A DNA stretch of 43,375 nt from contig DASRGZ010000079.1 in NCBI GenBank assembly GCA_035650735.1, positions 1-43,375 on the forward strand, written 5' to 3'. The DNA is from Chthonomonadaceae bacterium (lineage in GTDB: Bacteria > Armatimonadota > Chthonomonadetes > Chthonomonadales > Chthonomonadaceae). The position numbers and the translations under genes were made by a program. This document shows positions 19,032-26,728 of this stretch, in pieces; the stretch's first letter is position 1; each line of letters begins with the position of its first letter. Below the pieces are notes generated by a model, which was not told the origin of the DNA, ran no database searches, and saw nothing but the letters and a program-made list of their open reading frames with translations.

Positions 19032-19315
19032 CCCTCGCCCCCGGCCCTTCTCCCTGCTAGGGAGAGGGGAGAGGCCCCTACCCCCGTCCCACTGCCAGGG
19101 TCGGGCCTGCAATGGACTGCCAGGGTCGCGCCTGCCATGGTTCGGCCACTGCTTAGGGTCGCCGGAGTTATGGCCTCCGGCTCCGCCTGGCGATCCCCAA
19201 GAACAGGGGAGGGAAGAGGAAAGCGTTGGCTTCTGCTTCCCCTTCTCCCTGCAAGGGAGAAGGGCCGGGGATGAGGGCGGCCCTACACCCTACCCCCTAC
19301 ACCCTACCCCCTACA
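19032..19315. repeat. Composite repeat: ~40-bp inverted palindromic units flanking 25-bp tandem repeats, followed by a heptamer array
   Basis: 19032-19071 is the near reverse complement of 19236-19277. ACTGCCAGGGTCGSGCCTGCMATGG x2 (19091-19140) plus a partial third copy. CCCTACM x5 at 19281-19315. Confidence 0.8.
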
Positions 19316-19321
19316 CGGGGG

Positions 19322-20578
19322 TTAGGTCATCACCGCGAGGATCGCGGCAGCGTCGTCGGGCAGAAGCGGCGGCTGCGGGCCGAGGGCGGCATCAAGCTGC
19401 GCGGGCCACTTCATGCCGGTTCCGGTCAGGAGCGCAACGATAAGCTCCTCGCGGTCGATGGCTCCGGCGGTGACCTGACGGCGCAGCGCGGCAATCGGAG
19501 TCGCGGAAGCGCCCTCCACGCAGATGCCGTGCCTGCCGAGCAACGGAACGGCGGCGAGGAGTTCCGCATCCGAAGCGTCCCAGGCATCTCCGCCCGTCTC
19601 TCGGATCGCTTCCAGCGCGCACTGACTGCCCGTCGGGTCGCCGATGCTCAGCGCGAAGGTCGTCGGCTCGACGGTCGGGAGATGATCCATCCCGCGCCGT
19701 ACCGCCTCCACGAGGAAGTTTGCGCCGGTAGACTGGCACGCGGTCATGCGGGGCAGGCGGTCTATCAGTCCTAACTGCTGCATCTCGCGAAAGCCTTTGT
19801 AGGGGCCATACAGAGCGTCGCCAGCGGAGGTCGGCACGCAGACCCGGTCAGGAATGCGCCCAAGCTGTGCGGCGATCTCAAACGCAATGGTCTTATAGCC
19901 CTCCACGCCGTAGGGATTGGCCGGACCGGTAAACGGGCCGAGTATCGTGCTGGGATAGAAGCCGTGTTCGCGCACGAGCGTGTTCATCAGCGCCCGCGCA
20001 TTGGGCATGACCGGCCCGGGTTGGCTCGGCGTGGTAATGTGCGCGCCGAACAGCCGCATCAAGCGCCGCTGCTCCGGCGAGGACTTCGGATCGGTGATGA
20101 TGAGCAGGGAGAGACCGGCGCGAGAGGCATACGCCGCGCACGACACGCCATGATTGCCCGCCGTCGTCAGCAAGGCGCGTCGGAAGCCGAGTTCCCGCGC
20201 GACGGCCATGGAGACGGTATGGTAGCGGTCTTTGAACGCGCCCGTCGGGTTCACAAAATCCAGTTTGAGATAGAGATTCGGCAGGCCGAGTTCACGATTC
20301 AGTGCCTCGATCCGCACGAGCGGCGTCCGGCCCTCGCCGAGCGTCGGCGACGCACCCGCATTCCGCACCGGCAATAGCGGCGCATAGTCCCAGACGCGGC
20401 CCGGTCGCTTGAGAAAATCGGGCGCGATACGCTCCCGATCGTACTGGACTTCCAGCCAGTAGGGAGCGCCTGCGGGGTCGGTGCAGGCGGCGCATCCGAA
20501 CCAGTGCGGCCCCGGTTCGAGCGTCGTGCGGCAGTGGGGGCAGACAAGCCAGAAAGCGGGCCTGGGCGCGGCAGTCAT
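19322..20578 (-). CDS. Threonine-synthase-like PLP-dependent enzyme (fold type II)
   Basis: ATG at 20578 with GGAGG RBS. N-terminal CxxC/CxxC, TLGEGRTPL, NPTGAFKDR (PLP lysine), AGNHG, EGYKTIAFEI and LTGTGMK motifs. Confidence 0.85.
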   Translation of the reverse strand: MTAAPRPAFWLVCPHCRTTLEPGPHWFGCAACTDPAGAPYWLEVQYDRERIAPDFLKRPGRVWDYAPLLPVRNAGASPTLGEGRTPLVRIEALNRELGLPNLYLKLDFVNPTGAFKDRYHTVSMAVARELGFRRALLTTAGNHGVSCAAYASRAGLSLLIITDPKSSPEQRRLMRLFGAHITTPSQPGPVMPNARALMNTLVREHGFYPSTILGPFTGPANPYGVEGYKTIAFEIAAQLGRIPDRVCVPTSAGDALYGPYKGFREMQQLGLIDRLPRMTACQSTGANFLVEAVRRGMDHLPTVEPTTFALSIGDPTGSQCALEAIRETGGDAWDASDAELLAAVPLLGRHGICVEGASATPIAALRRQVTAGAIDREELIVALLTGTGMKWPAQLDAALGPQPPLLPDDAAAILAVMT

Positions 20579-20609
20579 AGAACAGCCTCCAAAAAGGGAT
20601 AGGGACGAT

Positions 20610-20810
20610 ATGCCCGATAACAAACCTCTCCAAATTGCGATGATCGGCCTCAGCGCGTTCGGTCTGCGCTGCATTCGCGCGCTGCGGGCGATGCATGGGG
20701 TCGAGATCGCCTGGTGCTGCGATCTCGACGAAGCCGAAAAGAGACCTTTGAAAAGGAGAACCATTGATGAGCGCGATTTCCAAAGAGAACGCCGCGCGTA
20801 TTCTCAGTGA
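20610..20810 (+). pseudogene. Truncated Gfo/Idh/MocA oxidoreductase (start of the Rossmann fold only)
   Basis: MPDNKPLQIAMIGLSAFGLRCIRALRAMHGVEIAWCCDLDE; similarity then ends and the next gene begins. Confidence 0.6.
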
Positions 20811-21921
20811 TTTGATTGCGCTCCCGTCGGTCAATCCGATGGGACGTCCTTACACCGGAACCGAACGGATCGAGAGTAAGGTTGCGGACTATATCGAGCG
20901 GCTCTTTGCGCCGTATGGCGCGCCGATGGAGCGGGACCCTTACAGCCCCCTGCATGAGAGCCTGATGGTGACCGTGCCGGGCCAGACGGACGGCCCGGCG
21001 CTCTTCTTCGAGTCGCATATGGACACGGTGCCTGCCGACGACTGGCCCGATCACGCCTTTATCCCGCGCTGGGAAGGCGACACGCTCTTCGGGCGGGGCG
21101 CGTGCGACGACAAAGGCCCGCTCGTCGCGATGATCCTGGCGACAATGGCCGTACTGGAGAGCGGCGTAAAGCCGCCGCGCACCGTTCTGTTTCTGGCGGC
21201 GGGCGATGAAGAGAACAAACAGACCGGAATCAAGCGCTTTCGCGAGAAGAACGTTCCGCTCTCCGGCTGTATCATTGGCGAGCCGACGCGCTGCCTGCCG
21301 GTCGTGCAGCATAAAGGAACGGTGCGCTGGGACATCACGGTGCATGGCCGCAGCGCCCACACCTCACAGCCGGAACTGGGCGTCAACGCGATCTATGGCA
21401 TGATGGAGGTCCTCGCCGAAATACGCAAACATCAGGAGGAGGTACGGCAGCGCTATTGCACGCCTCTGCTGACCGGCCCGCTCCTGACCGTCAGCCGAAT
21501 CCAGGGCGGGCGCACGCGCAATGCCGTGCCGGACGAATGTACGATTTCGGTAGACTACCGCATCATTCCCGGCATGGAAGGCGACTCGGCGCGCGAGGAA
21601 GTGATCCGCAGGCTAGCCGCGCTCGGCCACAAAATCACGCATCATGAACGCCATATTCAAACAGAGCCTCTGCAAACGCCGCTCGATGACCCGTTCGCGC
21701 AGCATGTTCTGGAGATTTGCCGACAGGCTCTTGGCCCGGAAACGCAACTGTGTGGCGTCCCCTACGGGACGGATGCTGCCTGGATTTTCGACCGCGCGCC
21801 CACGCTGGTTCTGGGGCCGGGCGACATCGCGTCGGCCCACGCCATTGACGAGCATATTGACATTAACGAGGTCGTGCGCTGCGCCGAAATCTACCGGCAG
21901 ATAATGCGGCGTCTTCCTTAA
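20767..21921 (+). CDS. M20-family metallo-amidohydrolase (ArgE/DapE-like)
   Basis: AAGGAG RBS. SHMDTV, GRGACDDKG, DEE, GEPT, GRSAHTS and AHAIDE motifs. Confidence 0.9.
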   Translation: MSAISKENAARILSDLIALPSVNPMGRPYTGTERIESKVADYIERLFAPYGAPMERDPYSPLHESLMVTVPGQTDGPALFFESHMDTVPADDWPDHAFIPRWEGDTLFGRGACDDKGPLVAMILATMAVLESGVKPPRTVLFLAAGDEENKQTGIKRFREKNVPLSGCIIGEPTRCLPVVQHKGTVRWDITVHGRSAHTSQPELGVNAIYGMMEVLAEIRKHQEEVRQRYCTPLLTGPLLTVSRIQGGRTRNAVPDECTISVDYRIIPGMEGDSAREEVIRRLAALGHKITHHERHIQTEPLQTPLDDPFAQHVLEICRQALGPETQLCGVPYGTDAAWIFDRAPTLVLGPGDIASAHAIDEHIDINEVVRCAEIYRQIMRRLP

Positions 21922-21998
21922 GGCAGGCGGCGACGCTTCCGTTTGCAGCCCCGAAAGCAGGAGTGTCAGGCAGGCGAGAAGGGAGAGCAGCGCCGGCA

Positions 21999-22997
21999 TC
22001 ATCCGCTTCGTCGGAACATGAGTTCCATGCCGTCGGTGACATCAACTGTCAACCGCAGATGACGCGGGCGGGCCAACTCCGCCCTCACCGGTTTCCCATC
22101 CACCCAGACGACCGGATTCTGACACCAGGCGGCAGGCACTTCCGCCTCCAATGTCAACGCCCGACGGACTACCTGCTCCGGCAGGTTCTCGAAGGTCAGG
22201 CGGTAGATATGCTCCTCGTCTGTAGCGCGCACCGTCTCGATGCGCGTGTGGCGGCGGGTTGTGTGATAGTAGATGACCTCGTCCGGGTTGGCGCACCAGA
22301 CCGCGTCGCCGCCCTCGGAGAGCACCGCTTCAAAGCGGCGGCGCAGTTGAGCTTCCGAGCAGTCTTTATTCCGATGGACTGGCTTTTCCAGGGGACAATG
22401 GCAGTAGTCTATGATCCAGCCCTTGTCGGCCTGCGCGTGCCGGATATTGCGATAGGGGTCGAACTCGCTGTAGAACGGCTCATAGTACTGATCGTGCAGG
22501 GGCGTGCGGTTGAGCCAGAACAGTTCATCCCCGGGCCGATTGAGCGCGTCGGTGATGCTCATCGCGCCGAGATAGCCGTATTTGCGGCAGGCGGCCAGCA
22601 CATGATCCGACATGTTGGCGTTGTTGCCTGCGGCGCAGTAGAGCGGAACCGGCCCGCCAATCGCCTGCTCCAAAACCTCTTTCGCCTCGCCGATCTCCCG
22701 GTCTACCATATCGGGCTGAACCAGTTCATGGCTCCAGGTATGATTGCCGACCCCCCAGCCGCGCGCGACCAGGTCCCGCAATCCCTCCGGCCCCATGTGA
22801 TGAAACCCATTATAGCTGGACTGACCGAGTTGACGCACTTTGCCGATATGTCCGGCGACGGCCTCGACATGGCCGGGAATGCCGAACTCTTCATGGTAGG
22901 GAACGACGAAGCGATGCAGTTCTTCGAGCGCCTCGTCGTAGGTGATCGAGTAAACCCACTGTTTGTCGTATTTCCAGTCGCAGATTTTCAGAGCCAT
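21999..22997 (-). CDS. Polysaccharide deacetylase (NodB/CE4-like) family protein
   Basis: SITYDE motif 1 and GWGVGNHTWSH metal-binding motif. Confidence 0.8.
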   Translation of the reverse strand: MALKICDWKYDKQWVYSITYDEALEELHRFVVPYHEEFGIPGHVEAVAGHIGKVRQLGQSSYNGFHHMGPEGLRDLVARGWGVGNHTWSHELVQPDMVDREIGEAKEVLEQAIGGPVPLYCAAGNNANMSDHVLAACRKYGYLGAMSITDALNRPGDELFWLNRTPLHDQYYEPFYSEFDPYRNIRHAQADKGWIIDYCHCPLEKPVHRNKDCSEAQLRRRFEAVLSEGGDAVWCANPDEVIYYHTTRRHTRIETVRATDEEHIYRLTFENLPEQVVRRALTLEAEVPAAWCQNPVVWVDGKPVRAELARPRHLRLTVDVTDGMELMFRRSG

Positions 22998-23009
22998 GCG
23001 TATCTCCCA

Positions 23010-23100
23010 TTAGATTTCGTTCGCGCGTGTAAAACGGCCTCATACCCACCTTGCCTTCCGACTCCGGAGTGAGGCTTTGCCTTTAGATTTCGTTCGCGCG
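23010..23100. repeat. 18-bp direct repeat duplicating the 3' end of the upstream gene
   Basis: TTAGATTTCGTTCGCGCG at 23010-23027 and 23083-23100. Confidence 0.85.
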
Positions 23101-24678
23101 CGTGAGCGCCAGCAATGTCCAGCCGAGCAGCCAGGCCAGATTTTCGGGCGGGCGTGGTTCCGCCTCGCCCGTGACCGGGAAATAGCCGCCGGAATCCACG
23201 CTTTCCGGGGTGATATGCGCAAGCAGCCAGTCGCGCGCGGCCAGGGCTCTCGGGCGATAGAGCGTCTCATCCTCCGCAGAAAGATAGCCTGCGTCACGAA
23301 CCCGCAGGAACGAGAGGATCGCGCCCGCCGTCGTGCCCAGATACTTGTCGTCGCGCGTCCGCATACCGAACGCCCCGTCCTCGAACTGGCAGGCGTCGAA
23401 CTGCCAGCGCATCGAGGCGGCGCATTTGGCGGCGACCTGCGCCTTCAATTCGGTATCGGCGGTCGCGGCGGCCAGTTCCGTTAGAAACTCGATCCCGCCA
23501 ACGGAGGAGAACGCCCAGCCGATCTCGTAGGACTTTTGGCCCCGGAAATGCTCGAACGAGTCTACCGGCGTCGGGCCGACGATCCAGGTGCCGAGTTCGG
23601 AAGACCAGCAGCCGACAAACGTTCCTGGAACGGCCTCCGTCAGATAGTAGCGGGCCAGACCTTCCGCCGTATGCAGCACGTCCGGGCGCTTGCTGATAGC
23701 ATAGTAGCCCATCAAACCGCGTCCCATGTGCAGATTGTCGTCGGAGAAGCCGCAGTCAATGACGCCGAGTTTGTCGTTGCCGTAGCTATTACGGAAATAG
23801 CTGCCCTCCTTCCACCGGAACGTCAGCAGCCACTCGTACAGCGCGGCGGCTTTGCCGTCTATCGAAGTCTCCTCCGGGTTCTGCTCCCGGAAGCGTCGAT
23901 ATCCGGCCAGCGCCATGCCGTACTGATAGGGATATGAGGGATAGTCCTGCCGCTGGCCCCCTTCCGGCGGATTGCGCATACAGGCCAGGTAGAAGGTGAT
24001 ATAGCGGTCGGCGGCCTCTTTGTAGAGCGCGCGGCCTGTCGCCTCATAGGCGGCGTAGAGACCGAAGGCCAAAAAGGTCGGGCTGTGGAACTGCGTGGAG
24101 ATGCAGGGGCCGGGCGTGACGAACGGACACTGCTTCGGATCGGGCCGGCCATAGGCCGTCTGCCAGCCTGCAAACCGGTCGGCCAGCAGGAGAATCGGAG
24201 CGAGGGGAAGCTCCGGCTTCTGAGTCGCCTCGGAGACACGCTCGATAGCGAGGGGCTTCACGCCTTCCCGCCGCATCCGCCGACAGACGGCATAAAACGC
24301 TTCGCTGCCCTCGCGAATGCGGGCGAAAATATTGACCGGAACCGGCCCGTCCGCCATCGAAGGACGCGCGTCGTTGTCATAGAACCAGCAGATCTCGGCA
24401 AAATCGCGCTCCACGCCGTAGGCGGAACCGGCGGCAAACCAGGTGAAACCGACATCGCCCTTCCGCACCTCGGAAGTCGCATTTTCCGCGTCCGCCCGCA
24501 GCAACTCCGGCAGGACGAGTACCGCCTCGCTCCCGGAGTAGATGGCATGGTGCGCCTCTCCCTGCACAGGAAGCGCTTTCCAGACGATCTCACAGGTCGT
24601 CGGAGCGAGAGTTTCGAGTAAATCGACGACTGCCGAGATACCTTCTGTCGCAAAGGTCAGGCGAATCTGACGAGCCAT
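23083..24678 (-). CDS. DUF3830 (cyclophilin-like) domain fused to a putative alpha/alpha-barrel domain
   Basis: ATG at 24678 with GGAG RBS. LLETLAPTTC...ALP....HHAIYSGSE...ENAT...GDV pattern, followed by ~370 aa of helical, aromatic-rich sequence (LYAAYEATGRALYKEAA, SDDN). Confidence 0.65.
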   Translation of the reverse strand: MARQIRLTFATEGISAVVDLLETLAPTTCEIVWKALPVQGEAHHAIYSGSEAVLVLPELLRADAENATSEVRKGDVGFTWFAAGSAYGVERDFAEICWFYDNDARPSMADGPVPVNIFARIREGSEAFYAVCRRMRREGVKPLAIERVSEATQKPELPLAPILLLADRFAGWQTAYGRPDPKQCPFVTPGPCISTQFHSPTFLAFGLYAAYEATGRALYKEAADRYITFYLACMRNPPEGGQRQDYPSYPYQYGMALAGYRRFREQNPEETSIDGKAAALYEWLLTFRWKEGSYFRNSYGNDKLGVIDCGFSDDNLHMGRGLMGYYAISKRPDVLHTAEGLARYYLTEAVPGTFVGCWSSELGTWIVGPTPVDSFEHFRGQKSYEIGWAFSSVGGIEFLTELAAATADTELKAQVAAKCAASMRWQFDACQFEDGAFGMRTRDDKYLGTTAGAILSFLRVRDAGYLSAEDETLYRPRALAARDWLLAHITPESVDSGGYFPVTGEAEPRPPENLAWLLGWTLLALTRANEI

Positions 24679-24764
24679 TTTTTTCTCCGGAAGGGGCGGC
24701 AAGCCAGCCTGTTAGCGGCGGTATTCGTGCTATACTTTAAGCGGAGAGCCTTGAAAGCGCATGG

Positions 24765-24811
24765 GCTAAACGGTTGCCTAGAATAATAACATCTGCCCGG
24801 TACGCTGTCAA
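24765..24811 (-). promoter_or_regulatory. Promoter plus LacI operator 2
   Basis: Minus strand TTGACA (24806-24811), 17 nt, TG-T-TATTAT (-10 at 24783-24788). Operator GCTAAACGGTTGCCTA at 24765-24780 overlaps the predicted transcription start. Confidence 0.75.
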
Positions 24812-25113
24812 CCCTCTTTTTGCCAGGCATCCAGGGGCATTCCGTTTTCCGTCGCTCGACGCCGGGCAATAAATTTCCCGTCTGTGTGGCCTACGGCCAG
24901 GCGTCCTAGCGGACGCTCCGTTGCGGCAGGCTCTTCCCATTCTACAAAGGCAGCCACCTGCCGCCAGGATGGTGGTTCCGTCCGCAGGACGGTTGGCGGC
25001 AAAGCCGCCCCACAGACGGGTCATTCATGGCCCGGCTGCGGACGCCAAAAACGCAAAAGCGCCGAGAACGGAAGGACCCTGCCGGGCGTCCAGGTTGGGA
25101 GGAGGAACGCAGA

Positions 25114-26562
25114 ATGGCCAACGATCTAGAGCTACTGACCGATGCGCAGATGCAGCAGTTTATCCGCGAAGGCTATCTTCTTATTCAGGCTGACTTCGCG
25201 CGCCCTGTGCATCAGGAGATCTATGAGCAGCTAGAGCGGATGCTCGAGCAGGAGAAGAATCCGGGCAACAACCTCCTGCCCCGCGTTCCGCAAATTCAGC
25301 AGGTCTACAACCATCCTACCGTTTGCGGCGCACTGACGAGCCTGCTGGGGCCGAACTATCTGATGAACCCGCACCGCTACGGCCATCTGAATCTACCGGG
25401 GTCGCCGGGCCAGCACTGGCATAAAGATAACTACGTCTTCGATGAGATCATTCGCCATCCGCGCCCCCGATGGGTCTTCGCCTTCTATTATCCGCAGGAC
25501 GTCACGGCGGACATGGGGCCGACAGGCATTCTCCCCGGCAAGCACTACTATCATCACATCTCTAGCGACGATCCCGCGCAGACGACGGAAACCGAGCTGC
25601 CTCTGTGCGGGCCGGCCGGCACAGTCGCGCTTGTCCACTACGATAGCTGGCATCGGGCGACGGCCAACAGCAGCGCCAAGAAACGCTATATGCTGAAATT
25701 CCTCTTCGAGCGCATGGCAGAGCCGCGCCAACCGGCCTGGAACAACGCCAGCCCCGCCTGGCAGTGCGATGACTCCGACCCACACGCGGCGGTCAACGCC
25801 GATGTCTGGCGCTGGCTGCGCGGCGATACCGCCTCGCCAGCGGAAACGCCGGAAGCGCGCGACGCGGCTCCAAAGCTGCTGGCTGCGCTGGAGGACGAAG
25901 CGGAAGCCGTGCGCCTGAACGCGGCCTATGCCTTAGCTGCGCTGGGTGCGCCCGTCGTTCCCACATTAATCGAGGCGCTGCGGGCGGAAGCCGTCGCGAT
26001 GGCCGACCAGATCGCGGCGAAAATGCCCGGCAATCCACGCGGCAGCAATCCGGCGGCCTGTCCTGCGGGCAATGCGTTGGCCGCTATCGGGCTGCCTGCC
26101 GTGCGCCCTCTGATCGGGCTGCTGCAAGACGATCACTGGTGCGTGCGGACGATGGCAGCGGATACGCTCGGCAACATCGGCCTTCCGGCGCAGGAAGCCG
26201 TGCCCGCGCTGATACAATGCCTGGACGATGGCCACCCGCGCGTTCGCCGCCATGCTGCCGAGGCATTAGGCCGGATGGAACAGGGAGCCGCAGAGGCAAT
26301 TCCCGCGCTCATCGCCCATATCCGCGATAACGATGTGCATGTGCGGCATAACGCGGTCTTGGCTCTGGCGAAGATCGGGCTGCTGGCGAACGAGGCGATT
26401 CCTCCGCTGCTGGAAACGCTGGAAGACGAAGACCGCTATGTGCGCTATTTTGCTGCCGTTGCCCTGCGCCGGATCGGGACGCCAGAAGCGCGCGAGGCGC
26501 TGCTGGATGCACTCTTTACCGCGCGCTGGTGTCCATTGACCACCGGCGAAACGCCCTACTAA
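25114..26562 (+). CDS. PhyH-like Fe(II)/2-oxoglutarate dioxygenase fused to HEAT repeats
   Basis: ATG at 25114 with GGAGGAGG RBS. QFIREGY, WHKD (HxD), MGPTGILPG and WHRA motifs. C-terminal VR..AA.ALG HEAT repeats. Confidence 0.85.
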   Translation: MANDLELLTDAQMQQFIREGYLLIQADFARPVHQEIYEQLERMLEQEKNPGNNLLPRVPQIQQVYNHPTVCGALTSLLGPNYLMNPHRYGHLNLPGSPGQHWHKDNYVFDEIIRHPRPRWVFAFYYPQDVTADMGPTGILPGKHYYHHISSDDPAQTTETELPLCGPAGTVALVHYDSWHRATANSSAKKRYMLKFLFERMAEPRQPAWNNASPAWQCDDSDPHAAVNADVWRWLRGDTASPAETPEARDAAPKLLAALEDEAEAVRLNAAYALAALGAPVVPTLIEALRAEAVAMADQIAAKMPGNPRGSNPAACPAGNALAAIGLPAVRPLIGLLQDDHWCVRTMAADTLGNIGLPAQEAVPALIQCLDDGHPRVRRHAAEALGRMEQGAAEAIPALIAHIRDNDVHVRHNAVLALAKIGLLANEAIPPLLETLEDEDRYVRYFAAVALRRIGTPEAREALLDALFTARWCPLTTGETPY

Positions 26563-26662
26563 ACTCACGCAAAGCCGCACACCTCGGCAGCTTCGCACCG
26601 GTTCCGGTTTTGATAAAAACATGGGCAGGAGACCCCTGTACATTCACGGGCATCTCGTTTTT

Positions 26663-26710
26663 CCCTCACCCCCTGGCTCCCTCTGCCGCCGAGCGCGGAG
26701 AATGGGAAGG
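26663..26710. repeat. Degenerate copy of the GC-rich palindromic intergenic repeat
   Basis: CCCTCACCCCCTGGCTCCCTCT...GGAGAATGGG between convergent genes. Confidence 0.5.
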
Positions 26711-26728
26711 TTAAGGCAGCGTGGGATT

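Noticed and set aside
19091..19163. 25-bp repeats as a mini CRISPR array
   Set aside because: The repeats are directly adjacent with no spacers, and there are no cas genes in the window.
24812..25110. ncRNA or small gene in the long intergenic region
   Set aside because: No recognisable RNA motif, and the short ORFs lack an RBS or motifs.
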